Assembly: GCA_965221125.1 (NCBI GenBank)
Contig: CBDCRW010000003.1
Coordinates: forward strand, 487,581-551,580
Origin: Alphaproteobacteria bacterium
GTDB lineage: Bacteria > Pseudomonadota > Alphaproteobacteria > UBA828
DNA: 64,000 nucleotides
Direction of reading: 5' to 3'
Made by a program: the position numbers and the translations under genes. A model generated the notes under the pieces. The model saw only the letters and a program-made list of their open reading frames with translations. It ran no database searches and was not told the DNA's origin. This document shows, one piece after another, positions 33,273 to 43,000 of the stretch. The first letter of the stretch is position 1. Every line of letters starts with the position of its first letter.

Positions 33273-34277
33273 CTATTCCTGCGCGCTCAGCCGCGCGGCA
33301 AACGCCAGCACCGCACGGGCGAGGGCCTGCTTCTCCGCCCGCGTCGTCATCACCGTGCGCGCGACCTCGACCGCGACGCCGGTGGCGGCGATCCCCTCGG
33401 CCTCGGCCCGGTCGGCCTCGTCGAGCACGAGCCCGTCGATCAGCCCGGCGTAGTGCCGCGCGATGGCGGCCGCGCCCGGCACGATGCCGCGCTCCGTCAT
33501 CATCTTCGCCGTGGGCCCCTTCACCGCTTGCCCGCCGACGATGGGCGAGACCGCGATCACCGGCGCCCCGCAGGCCGCGAGCGCGCCCCGCACGCCCGGC
33601 ACCGCGAGGATCGGGTCGATGCTGATGTAGGGGTTCGACGGGCAGACGATGACCGCGCCGAGGCCGGGCGCCGCCAGCGCGTCCATGAAGGCCGCGCTGG
33701 GCCGCGCCGTCTCCGCGCCGTCGTGCCGGAAGCCCAGCACCGCCGGCTCGCAGCGCTCGCGCACGAAGTAGTGCTGGAAGGCGAGCGGGCCGTCCGCCGT
33801 CTCTACCACCGTCGGCACCGGGCCGTCGCTCATGGGCACGATGCGCGCGCCGATACCGAGCCGCGCGCACAGGTCCGCCGTGACCGCGCTCAGGCTCTCG
33901 CCCGCGCGGAGCCGCCGGGTGCGCTCGACATGGATGGCGAGGTCCTTGTCGCCGAGGAAGAACCAGGTCTCGCCGCCGAGCGCGCCGAGCGCCGCCATGA
34001 AGGCGCCGCTCTCTCCTGCCCGGCCCCAGCCGGTCTCCTCGTTGGCGAGCCCCGCCAACGTGTAGGTCAGCGTGTCGAGATCGGGACAGACCTTGAGACC
34101 CAGGTGCTCGAAGTCGTCGCCGGTGTTGGCGACGACGGTGAGCCTGGCCGGGTCCTCCAGCACGTCGCTGAGCCCGAGCGCGAGCTTGGCGCCGCCCACG
34201 CCCCCGGAAAGCGCGACGTAGTGCGGGTTAGAGCGTATCCGTCTTACGCGGAAACGCTCTGAGTCTTTATCGCTCAC
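33273..34277 (-). CDS. cofD: 2-phospho-L-lactate/phosphoenolpyruvate transferase (F420 biosynthesis)
   Basis: ALSGGVGGAKL, ANTGDD, PDLDT, LGDKDLA.H, FQHYFV, PSNPYISI, KGPTAKMM; the only usable starts (GTG 34277, ATG 34319) lie inside a repeat element. Confidence 0.93.
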   Translation of the reverse strand: MSDKDSERFRVRRIRSNPHYVALSGGVGGAKLALGLSDVLEDPARLTVVANTGDDFEHLGLKVCPDLDTLTYTLAGLANEETGWGRAGESGAFMAALGALGGETWFFLGDKDLAIHVERTRRLRAGESLSAVTADLCARLGIGARIVPMSDGPVPTVVETADGPLAFQHYFVRERCEPAVLGFRHDGAETARPSAAFMDALAAPGLGAVIVCPSNPYISIDPILAVPGVRGALAACGAPVIAVSPIVGGQAVKGPTAKMMTERGIVPGAAAIARHYAGLIDGLVLDEADRAEAEGIAATGVAVEVARTVMTTRAEKQALARAVLAFAARLSAQE

Positions 34278-34376
34278 GGCAGCCGGCCTTTGGCCGGCGC
34301 CTCCGCGAGGGCGCCGCATTCGCGGCGGGCCGCGGTCGCGGCCTGTCGCGCGTCCGTCGAAGCCGGACGCGCTCTA
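34229..34376 (-). repeat. 148-bp structured repeat element, copy 1 (CIR/Bru-RS/RIME-like MITE)
   Basis: Ends TAGAGCG...CGCTCTA; colinear with 38239-38386 in inverted orientation; internal hairpins; GANTC at 34261-34265. Confidence 0.85.
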
Positions 34377-35159
34377 GCGGAAAAGGTCATCGGCCTCGTC
34401 GCGGATGAGCGCGGCGCCGTCGTTGCCAGGCCCAGCGGGGCTGAGCCCCCGCACCACCACCACCGGCATGCCCTCGTCGGCCTCGCCCTGCAGCAGCGAG
34501 GCGGCGGCGGCAAGCTCGTCGGCGAGCCCCACCTGTGTCACTTCCAGCGGGCGGCCAAAGAGGTCGTCGCGGCCCCGGAGGTCGAGCAGCGACGGCAGCC
34601 CGGCGGCACCCAGAGCGAGGCCCACGGTGCCGATCCGCCAGGCGCGGCCCACGCTGTCGTTGACGATGACGGCGCAGTCCGCGCCGAGCCGCTCGCGCAG
34701 GCCCGCGCGCAGGCGCCGCGCGCTGCCGTCGGGGTCGCGGGGCAGCAGCAGCACCCGCTCGTCCGTGCCCGACGGCTCGACGTTGGAGTTGTCGATCCCG
34801 GCGTTCGCCATGACGAAGCCCAGGCGATGCTCGACGATGATCACCCCCGGCCGGTGCCGCACCACACGACGCGATTCGCCCAGGATGAGCTCGACCATGC
34901 GGGGGTCCTTGTCCGTCTGCGCGGCCAGCTCGCGCGCCTGCGAGCCGGGCTTCACGCTCGCCAGATTGGCGTAGCGCCCCTCGCTCTTCGACACGATCTT
35001 CTGGGCCACCACGAGCACGTCGCCGGCCGCCGCCGCCTCGCCGGCACGCGCGAAGCCGTCCGCGATCAGGCCCGCAAGGTCGTCGCCGGGCTGCACCATG
35101 GGAATGCCCGGCAGCGCGAAGAGGGAGAGAGCGCGGGGCCGCGCCGCTCGTGAGGTCAT
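34374..35159 (-). CDS. cofE: Coenzyme F420-0:L-glutamate ligase
   Basis: PGIPMVQPGDDL, AQKIVSKSEGR, ANAGIDNSN, LPRDPD, NDSVGRAWR, ADELAAAASLLQG, DLFR. Confidence 0.95.
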   Translation of the reverse strand: MTSRAARPRALSLFALPGIPMVQPGDDLAGLIADGFARAGEAAAAGDVLVVAQKIVSKSEGRYANLASVKPGSQARELAAQTDKDPRMVELILGESRRVVRHRPGVIIVEHRLGFVMANAGIDNSNVEPSGTDERVLLLPRDPDGSARRLRAGLRERLGADCAVIVNDSVGRAWRIGTVGLALGAAGLPSLLDLRGRDDLFGRPLEVTQVGLADELAAAASLLQGEADEGMPVVVVRGLSPAGPGNDGAALIRDEADDLFR

Positions 35160-35644
35160 CCGCCCGCCTCGCCTGTGCCTCCGGCATCTGTGCCCCCGGC
35201 ACTCCAGCTCGTGGCCCTTTGGATCCTGATGGCGATCACGGGGAGCGGCGCCAGGTCCATCGTGCGATACTGCGGGTACTTCGCGCGCAGCAGCGCCTGC
35301 GCCTCGTCGTGCTCGCAGCCCTCCTCCAGGATCTCCGCCCGGCCCCGCACCATGACCCAGCGGAGCCGCGACCAGTCCTCGTCGTCGTAGTGATCGGCGG
35401 TGAGCGTCACGTTCGGGTTCTCCGCGATGTTTCGGAGCCGCTTGAGCGGCCGCCCGCTCTTCGGCTTGCGGTCGATGGTCATGTAGACGGTATCGCCGTA
35501 GACGGTATCGCCGGCCAGCGCGAAGCAGACCGGCCCGACGGTGGGGATGCCCGCCGCATCCGCCGTCGCCAGATGCGCCACCTTCTGCCCCGCAAGGAAG
35601 GCGCGCGCGCCCGCCTCGAGGACGGCCGCCCTGCCCTCGCCCAC
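35156..35644 (-). CDS. PPOX-class putative F420-dependent oxidoreductase (Rv0121-like)
   Basis: HLATAD, PVCFA, IDRKPK, LKRLRNIAENP, DHY.EDWSRLRWV, KYPQY. Confidence 0.88.
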   Translation of the reverse strand: MGEGRAAVLEAGARAFLAGQKVAHLATADAAGIPTVGPVCFALAGDTVYGDTVYMTIDRKPKSGRPLKRLRNIAENPNVTLTADHYDDEDWSRLRWVMVRGRAEILEEGCEHDEAQALLRAKYPQYRTMDLAPLPVIAIRIQRATSWSAGGTDAGGTGEAGG

Positions 35645-35662
35645 GTTCCGCCGCCGCCGGGC

Positions 35663-36526
35663 TCAGATGCCCGCGAGCGCCTCCTTGATTCGCCCGATGG
35701 CCTCGATGTGCGCCTGGGGCGAGTCGAGCCCGGCGTTCATCGTGTTGACCGAGTAGTGGGTGGCGCCGAGCTTCTTCCAGCCTTGCGCGTGCGCGCGCCA
35801 TTGCTCGGGCGACTGGTCCCCCATGTTGAGCCAGGTCTCGATCCCGACGTCGGCCGGATCGCGCCCGGCCTCGCGAATATACCCCCGAAACTTCTCGACC
35901 TCGGCCGCGCCTTCCTCGTCCGGCGCGAGCAGCGGGAACCAGCCGTCGCCGATGCGCGCGGTGCGCCGGAGCACGGCTTCCGCGTGGCCGCCGAACCAGA
36001 CCGGAATCGGCCGCTGCACCGGCAGCGGGTTCAGCCCCGCGTCGGTGATGCGGTGCTCGTTGCCCTCGAAGGTGATCAGCTCGTTGGTCCAGAGCAGCCG
36101 CATGACCTCGATCTGCTCGTCGATGCGCCGCCCGCGGTCGGAAAAATCCATGCCGAGCGCCTCGAACTCCACGTGGTTCCAGCCGACCGCCACGCCGAGC
36201 CGGAACCGGCCCTCGCACAGCACGTCGAGCGCCGCCGCCTGCTTCGCCACCAGCGCGGTCTGCCGCTGCGGCAGGATGATGATGCCGGTCACGAACTCGA
36301 GCCGGGTGACGGCGGCGAGGAAGCCGAACAGCACGAAGGGCTCGTGGAACGCGTCGGTGTGCTTGTAGGGGCCGTTGAGGTCGTGCGTCGCGGCGTTGCC
36401 GCCGAGCACGTGATCGAAGGCGAGCACATGCCGGTAGCCCAACCCCTCGGCCGCCTGCCCGTAGTCGCGCACGACTGCGGGATCGTTGCCGATCTCGGTC
36501 TGTGGAAAAACGACGCCAAGCTGCAT
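35663..36526 (-). CDS. LLM-class putative F420-dependent oxidoreductase
   Basis: LGVVFPQTEI, FDHVLG, FHEP, LPQRQTALVAKQAA, GWN..EF, GDGW. Confidence 0.9.
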   Translation of the reverse strand: MQLGVVFPQTEIGNDPAVVRDYGQAAEGLGYRHVLAFDHVLGGNAATHDLNGPYKHTDAFHEPFVLFGFLAAVTRLEFVTGIIILPQRQTALVAKQAAALDVLCEGRFRLGVAVGWNHVEFEALGMDFSDRGRRIDEQIEVMRLLWTNELITFEGNEHRITDAGLNPLPVQRPIPVWFGGHAEAVLRRTARIGDGWFPLLAPDEEGAAEVEKFRGYIREAGRDPADVGIETWLNMGDQSPEQWRAHAQGWKKLGATHYSVNTMNAGLDSPQAHIEAIGRIKEALAGI

Positions 36527-36666
36527 GCGGATCCTCCCTCGATCGCGGTTGTGCCCGGCCCGAGCGGCCGGTACGCGGCATGCTATCATGCCTCGTCGGC
36601 GCGGCATCGCCCTGGCGAAACCGCCGCGCCCCATGCAAACACCAAGGCAGGCAAAGGAGAAGCGGT

Positions 36667-37149
36667 ATGGCGGACAACGACTCGTGGCGCGGCAAGGTCG
36701 GCGGCATGACCGACGAAGAAGTCGACGAATTCCTCAAGGGGCCCCACCTCTGCCGGCTCGCCTGCCTCGACGAGGAGGGTTGGCCCTATATCGTGCCGCT
36801 CTGGTACCAGTACGCCGACGGCGGCTTCTACGTCGTTCCCCGCGCGCGCTCGATCTGGGCCAGGCACATCCAGCGCGACCCCCGCGTCCACCTCTGCGTC
36901 GACATCTGGGAGACGATGCAGAAGGTGATGGCGCGCGGCCGGGCCGAGATCGTCGAGGAGGCCAACGTCGGCGGCAAGTGGGTCCAGGTCGCGACCGAGA
37001 TGTCGCTGCGCTACCTCGGCGAGAACGGCCCCAAGTACCTGGAGCCCACGCTGGTCGAGCCCCGCTGGCTGATCTTCCTGAAGCCCGATTCGCAGCTGAC
37101 CTGGCAGGGCGTGGACTGGGCCGAGCGCTACAAGCACGCCAAGTGGTGA
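36667..37149 (+). CDS. Pyridoxamine 5'-phosphate oxidase-like split-barrel protein (FDOR)
   Basis: EVDEFL..RLACL..GWPYIVPLWY, DPRV.LCVD, V.ARGRA; AAAGGAG ribosome site. Confidence 0.82.
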   Translation: MADNDSWRGKVGGMTDEEVDEFLKGPHLCRLACLDEEGWPYIVPLWYQYADGGFYVVPRARSIWARHIQRDPRVHLCVDIWETMQKVMARGRAEIVEEANVGGKWVQVATEMSLRYLGENGPKYLEPTLVEPRWLIFLKPDSQLTWQGVDWAERYKHAKW

Positions 37150-37248
37150 CGTCCGCCGGCGGCACGCCCCGGCCCTAGGCGCGCCGCCCTTGGGCGCGCC
37201 GACACGCGCGGGCGCGCGCGACCACCTCGGCACCCTCTCACCCAGGCC

Positions 37249-38235
37249 ATGACCGACGCGGGGGACGCGCCCTCGGGCACGGCGCGAGCCGGCACGGCTC
37301 AACCCGGCACGGCTCAGACCGGCACGGCCGAGCCGAGCGCGCCCAGGGTGGGCGCGCTCGCCGTCGCCTACCTGCTGTTCGCGGGCGCGCTCTACGGCCT
37401 GCTGTTCTCGATCAACAAGGTGGCGACGACCAACGGCGTGCCGGGCCTCGCTTACGTGTTCTGGCACACGCTGGGCGCGGGCCTGCTCCTCGGGCTGGGC
37501 TGCCTCGCGACCCGCACGCCGGTCGGGCTCGACCGCGCGCACCTGCGCCTCTACGTCGTGGCCGGCGCGCTCGGCATCTCGATCCCCGTCTCGCTGCTCG
37601 CCCACGTCGCGCCCAGGCTGCCGGCGAGCCTCGTGGTCATGGTCACCTGCCTATCGCCGACCTGCACCTACCTGATGGCGATGGCGCTCCGCATGGAGCG
37701 CTTCCGGCTGCTCAGCACGGGCGGCGTGGCGCTCGGGCTCGCCGGAATCCTGATCCTGGTGGTGCCGGGCATCACGCTGCCCAACCTCACGCAGGTGAGC
37801 TGGCTGCTGCTGGCGATGCTGGCGCCGGTCTGCTTCGCGTCCTTCAACATCGTGGGCGCGATCCTGTGGCCGCCCAAGGCGCACTCGCTCGGGCTCGCCT
37901 GCGGCATCCAGATGGGCGGCGCGGTCGTGCTCGTCCCCTTTATGCTCGGCACGGGCGAGACCTACCTCTTCCCCGGCTCGCTGCTGGCCGGCGACCTCGC
38001 GATCCTCGGCGCGACCGGCGTCACCGCGCTGGTGTGGTATCTCATCTTCGAGATCCTCCGGCTCGGCGGCCCGCTCTTCCTCTCGCAATTCGGCTATATC
38101 GTGGTGCTGACGGGATTCGGCTGGGGCGCCGTGATCTTCGGCGAGCGCCTGAGCAGCGCGGCCTGGATCGCGGCCGCCCTCCTGCTGGCGGGGCTCGCGG
38201 TGCTCACCTGGTCCAAGCGCCGAATCCGTTCGTAG
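37249..38235 (+). CDS. DMT/EamA-family transporter
   Basis: About ten TM segments, two EamA repeats, IFGERL. Confidence 0.88.
   Translation: MTDAGDAPSGTARAGTAQPGTAQTGTAEPSAPRVGALAVAYLLFAGALYGLLFSINKVATTNGVPGLAYVFWHTLGAGLLLGLGCLATRTPVGLDRAHLRLYVVAGALGISIPVSLLAHVAPRLPASLVVMVTCLSPTCTYLMAMALRMERFRLLSTGGVALGLAGILILVVPGITLPNLTQVSWLLLAMLAPVCFASFNIVGAILWPPKAHSLGLACGIQMGGAVVLVPFMLGTGETYLFPGSLLAGDLAILGATGVTALVWYLIFEILRLGGPLFLSQFGYIVVLTGFGWGAVIFGERLSSAAWIAAALLLAGLAVLTWSKRRIRS
37276..37335 (+). repeat. Four 15-bp tandem units (GGCACGGC + 7 nt) in the DMT N-terminus
   Basis: Encodes GTARA-GTAQP-GTAQT-GTAEP. Confidence 0.8.
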
Positions 38236-38238
38236 ATG

Positions 38239-38386
38239 TGGAGCGCGTCCGTCCTTGACGGACGCGCGACAGGCCGCGACAGCGGCCCGCCGCGTATGCG
38301 GCGCGCCCGCGCAGGCGGCGACCGAAGGTCGCCTGCCATGAGCGATAAAGAATCTAGAGCGTTTCCGCGAAAGCGAAAACGCTCTA
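38239..38386 (+). repeat. 148-bp structured repeat element, copy 2
   Basis: TGGAGCG...CGCTCTA; same hairpin order as copy 1; GAATC at 38350-38354. Confidence 0.85.
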
Positions 38387-38728
38387 ACCCGCGCAGTCCA
38401 CGCAGCGGGCGATGGTCGGGTCGATGGCGAGGCGCTTCGCCGGAATGCGCTCGCCGCAGTCCACGCAATAGCCGTACTCGCCCGCATCGAGGCGGCGCAA
38501 CGCCGCAGCGATGAGCGGCAGGCGCGCGCGGCGGCGGGCCTCCACGCTCTGCGCCATCGCCTGCACCTGCATGGCGTCCATGCGCGAGACGCGGCCGACG
38601 CTCTGCTGATCGAGCGCGACCGGGCGTCTCTCGTCGGCCGCAGCCTCGCTCAGCGCCAGCAGCTCGGCCCGCTCCTTCTCAAGGATCTGCCTGATCTTCT
38701 TCGGATCGCGGGTGGGGCGGGCGGTCAT
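38384..38728 (-). CDS. TraR/DksA-family C4 zinc-finger protein
   Basis: LDQQSVGRVSRMDAMQ, GEYGYCVDCGE..RL..P..RCVDC. Confidence 0.9.
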   Translation of the reverse strand: MTARPTRDPKKIRQILEKERAELLALSEAAADERRPVALDQQSVGRVSRMDAMQVQAMAQSVEARRRARLPLIAAALRRLDAGEYGYCVDCGERIPAKRLAIDPTIARCVDCAG

Positions 38729-38890
38729 GGTCGGCACGAAGGCATCACGAGGACGATTGTAGACGATCGGGCGGGGCAATCGAAGGCGGCGTGCGGACGC
38801 GGGCGTTCCGATCGGCCTCCGGGCGCCGCGCTTGACGCGCTCGGCCGCTCCGCCGCACCCTGCAAGCGAAGGGAATTACGGGGAAAGCCG

Positions 38891-39597
38891 ATGGCGAGCG
38901 GGGCAGTCGTGGTCACCGGGGCGGCCGGGCTGATCGGATTCGGCGTAGCCTCCCGCCTTGCGCGGGCGGGGCGCGCCGTGATCGGCACGGACCGCATCCA
39001 GCCGCGGGAGGATGGCGGCTTCCCGTCAACGGATGCGGAGCTCACCGACGTCCACAAGCTGCACGCCATCTGCGACCGCGAAATTGCGGCCATCGTCCAT
39101 TGCGGCGCGGTCTCGGGCCCCATGCTGGGCCGCGACAACCCGCGCGCGGTGATCGAGACCAACGTCGCCGGCACCGCAAACCTGCTGGAGATCGCCCGCC
39201 AGCGCGGCGTCCGCCTCGTGTTCTGCTCGTCGACCTCGGCCTACGGCGACACGGCTGCAGGCCTCGACCTCGTGCCGGAGGACGCGCCGCTCGCCGCCAG
39301 CGACATCTACGGCGCCACCAAGGCGTCGGGCGACATCCTCACCCGCGCCTACGCGGCGCAGACCGGCCTCGACGGCATCGTGCTGCGCTTCTCCTGGGTT
39401 TACGGGCCGCGCCGCCGCACCCCCTGCGTGGTGCGCGACATGATCAGGGACGCGCAAGCCGGCCGCGCCACCCGGCTGCCATACGGCCGCGGCTTCACGC
39501 GCCAGTACGTCTACATCGACGACGTGGTGAGCGCCGTGATCGCGGCGCTCGACGCGGGCGACATCGGGCCTGAGCGCGCGTTCAACGTCACCGGAGA
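38891..39597 (+). pseudogene. NAD-dependent epimerase/dehydratase, C-terminally truncated at a junction near 39597 (frame runs on to 39685)
   Basis: TGAAGLIG, YGATK, LRFSWVYGP, YIDDV; family-like text stops after AFNVTG and the usual C-terminal subdomain is missing. Confidence 0.75.
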
Positions 39598-39974
39598 GTC
39601 CACACAATCCTCCGCCGCGCGACTTCGGGAGCTGGCGTGGCGGTCACGGTGTACCGAGGCGAGGCAGCGAGGCAGGAGCGTTTGACAGTATGCCGGCCGC
39701 GTGGGAGGATACAACGTCCGGAGCATCAACCGATGCGGGTGAAACGCCACGAAGACAGTCAGCGCAGTGACCGGTTACCGATCACGCAGCCGGTGCGCCC
39801 GATCCATCCCCCCCCCGGGACGCGAAACATCTAACTCTCCATTCATCCGAGAAATAACTAACCGCGCCGGCCAACCGGGCCAGAGTGCACCGCACCACCG
39901 TGTACGCCCGCCCTGCGCTTACGGCAGCACTCCGTCCAATACCAGATCACTCCGTCGAGTACCGGGACAGCCGC

Positions 39975-40707
39975 CACCCTCAACGAGAGCTACTACGGCG
40001 GATACGCCTACCCGACGGTGCAGGGCTTCGTCGGCGCCGCGCTCGGAGAGATACACACTCCGTTCGAGCAGTGGCCCGCGGATCTGCAGGCGGAGTACTC
40101 CTACGATCCGCAGGAGGCCGAGCGCTTGCTCGACGAGGCCGGCTACCCGCGCGGTGCCGACGGCGTGCGACTGCGGGTCACCTACGACCACCGCGACGTG
40201 ATCGACCTCGGATGGGTGGAGATCGTGGCCGGCTACTGGAAGGAGATCGGCGTGGAGGTGGAGATCACGGTGATGGACACCGGCGCCTGGGTCGATCGCC
40301 GCGCCCGCGGACTCTACGAGATGACGACCGGCGACTCGGGCTGGGATCTGAGTCCCGCGCACATCATGAGCTTCTACGGCTACGTCCACAACTACCAGGG
40401 CGAAGGATCCTCGAACCAGGCGGGTGAATACGCCGGCGGGGTCAAGGACGCGACCCTGAGTCGGCTCTACGAGGCATTCCACGCCGCAACCAGCGAGGAA
40501 CCGCGGATTCCCATCATGAGAGACTACAATGAGTACATCATGCGGCAGCACTTCCAGGTCTACGGCCACAAGGCGCCGCTGTTCCAGTTGGCTCAGCCAT
40601 GGGTCAAAGGGTTCAACGGCGAGACGTTTCTCGCGGACATGAGCAACAACGAGGTTCTAGTGCGGGTCTGGATCGACCAGGACCTGAAGCGGGAAATGGG
40701 GTACTGA
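39975..40707 (+). pseudogene. Peptide/nickel ABC solute-binding protein (family 5), C-terminal fragment
   Basis: YSYDPQEAERLLDEAGYP, YWKEIGVEV, QPWVKGFNGE, WIDQDLK; no N-terminal half. Confidence 0.8.
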
Positions 40708-40736
40708 TCGGGCCGGCAACACGGTCCAACGGACGC

Positions 40737-40770
40737 GGGGTGGCAGAGACGACCTGCCGCCCCTTTTCTT
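40737..40770 (+). terminator. Rho-independent terminator after the SBP fragment
   Basis: GGGGTGGCAG-N7-CTGCCGCCCC followed by TTTTCTT. Confidence 0.7.
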
Positions 40771-40812
40771 GCGCAACCGAGTGTGGAAGTGAGCTGACGT
40801 GGGTGCGTACCT

Positions 40813-41540
40813 GATCAGGCGCCCTCGGCCGAGCACCCCCTCGGCACCGATCACGCCGGGCGCGACGTGCTGGCGCGGATCCTGAAGGGCGCTCAGGTGT
40901 CGCTGCTGGTGGGGCTGTTGGCAACCCTGCTGAACACCATCGTGGCGCTGCTGGTGGGCGGCACCACGGGCTTCATCGGCGGCCGGGTCGACATCTACAC
41001 CCAGCGCTTCGTCGATGCGTGGATGTCGTTCCCCGGCTTGCTGCTGCTGCTCACCATCATGTCGTTCGTCGATCGCAGCATCGTCACGGTGATCGTGGTG
41101 CTGGGGGTCACCGGCGGGATTCCGGCGTCGCGGGTGGTGCGCGGCGCGGTGATCGGCGTCAAGGAGAACGCCTACTTCCAAGCCGCGGAGGCGGCCGGCG
41201 CGCGCCGGCGCCGGATCCTGGTGCGCCACGTGCTGCCCAACATCGCCGCGCCGCTGATCGTCATCTTCAGCATCAACGTCGGCAGCGTCATCATCGCCGA
41301 GGCCAGCTTGAGCTTCCTCGGTTTCGGCCTGCCGGTGAACGTGCCGAGCTGGGGCGGCATGCTGAGCCGCGAAGGGCGGCGGTACATGGAGCTGGCGCCG
41401 CGGCTGGCGCTGTGGCCCGGTCTGTTCCTTACGGTGACGGTGTACTGCCTCAACATGGTGGGCGACGCGGTCCGCGACCTGCTCGACCCGCGTCTCAGGG
41501 GTGGTGGCGGGGCGTCTCGGTACCGACCGCGCTACGTAGC
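40813..41540 (+). pseudogene. DppC/OppC permease copy A, N-terminally truncated, with a +1 frameshift near the 3' end
   Basis: APSAEHPLGTDHAGRD, AA.AAGA...RHVLPN, EASLSFLGFG, GDAVRDLLDPR. Confidence 0.8.
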
Positions 41541-41726
41541 CGGGGTGACGTACCGCGCGCGGCGCAGGCAGGTTGGAGGGACTTGCTTGCGTCCCTCTTG
41601 CACCGGTCGGTCGTGGCGCCGTGGGCCGGCGGACCGGCGCAGCGCCGCCGCGAAACCACCCACTCTGCGGTCGCCGGCCGGTTCCATGGCTTGCAGCATC
41701 CCGGGGTTGTGCATAGAGTCTCGTTC

Positions 41727-42452
41727 ATGAGCCACGCTGCTCTCCCGACCGACTCGGCAAAAGGCGTGATGGCGGCGCCCGTCGCTCCGGTCATTCCGCT
41801 GGAGAATGGAGATCGGCTGCCGCGTTGCGAGTTTGAGCGGCGCTATCTCGCCCAGCCCGACATCAAGAAGGCGGAACTGATCGAGGGGGTAGTCCACGTG
41901 CCGTCGCCCGTCCGCGCGACCCATGCCGAGAAGCACGGCGACCTGTTGGCATGGCTGCGCGTTTACAGCGCATCGACCCCCGGCGTCTCGGTGCTCGACA
42001 ACGCCACCGTGCGTCTGGACCTCGACAACGAGCCGCAGCCCGACGTGCTCATGCGCATCAAGCCGGCCGCCATCGGCCGGTCGCGACTCGACGCCGACGA
42101 CTACGTGAGCGGCGCGCCCGAGTTGGTGGTAGAGGTGGTGGCGAGCAGCGCAGCCTACGACCTGCATGACAAGCTGCACGCCTACCGCCGCAACGGGGTG
42201 CTGGAGTACCTGGTCTGGCGGGTATACGATGACGTAATCGACTGGTTCGTGCTTACCGAAGACGAGTACCGGCCCCTGGCGCCGGATGCCGCCGGGATTC
42301 TGTACAGCCAGACGTTCGCCGGTCTGCGCCTTGCCTCCAACGCGCTCCTCGCCGGCGACTTCGCCGGCGTGCTGTCCGAGTTGAGCAACGGCATCGCCAC
42401 CCCTGAGCATTCCGCGTTCGTCGCCAAACTGGGAACGGCGTCCGCTCGATAG
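41727..42452 (+). CDS. Uma2 (DUF820) family PD-(D/E)XK endonuclease-like protein
   Basis: LENGDRL, AELIEGVV, EPQPDV, PELVVEV, DK..YRRNGVLEY. Confidence 0.92.
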   Translation: MSHAALPTDSAKGVMAAPVAPVIPLENGDRLPRCEFERRYLAQPDIKKAELIEGVVHVPSPVRATHAEKHGDLLAWLRVYSASTPGVSVLDNATVRLDLDNEPQPDVLMRIKPAAIGRSRLDADDYVSGAPELVVEVVASSAAYDLHDKLHAYRRNGVLEYLVWRVYDDVIDWFVLTEDEYRPLAPDAAGILYSQTFAGLRLASNALLAGDFAGVLSELSNGIATPEHSAFVAKLGTASAR

Positions 42453-42520
42453 TCCGCCTCCCAGGTACGGACGCGCGGACCCGGATTGCGGTAGCATCGC
42501 TGCAATGAAGGCGAGACGCG

Positions 42521-42941
42521 ATGGCTGAGTACGTTCCGAGTCCGGTGCAGTGGGTACGTGACCGAACGGAGCGGTGGCACCGAGGGGACCACCCTGCGCG
42601 ACACCGGGCTGCCGGTGATCGTGGTGACGCACGTCGGCAACAAGACCGGCGCCATCCGCAAGACGCCGCTGATGCGGGTAGCGGATGGTGACGGCTACGT
42701 GCTGATCGGCTCCCGGGGAGGCGCGCCAACCGATCCGGTGTGGGTGCACAACCTGCGGACCAATCCGGCGGTGACGATCCGTGACGAGACTTCGACGCAG
42801 GAGATGCGGGCGCGTGAGGTCAAGGATGACCCGGAGCGAGCCACGCTCTGGGACCTCGCCGTGGCCGCCTTCCCTCCTTACGCCGACTATCAGAACAAGA
42901 CCGAGCGCCGGATTCCGGTGTTTCGTGCCGAACCCCACTGA
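42521..42941 (+). pseudogene. DDN-family (F420H2-dependent) nitroreductase copy A, 14-bp deletion near 42563
   Basis: Near-identical to 45380-45817 but lacks AGGTGGAGCTGTAT, which shifts the frame. Confidence 0.85.
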
Positions 42942-43000
42942 GCGACCCCGACCGACGACTCGTTCCACGAACGCCGTAGACCACCTGCGCGAAGCACTCG

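Noticed and set aside
41515-41585. Integron attC site in the duplicated spacer
   Set aside because: Palindromic, but there is no RYYYAAC...GTTRRRY pair and no integron integrase.
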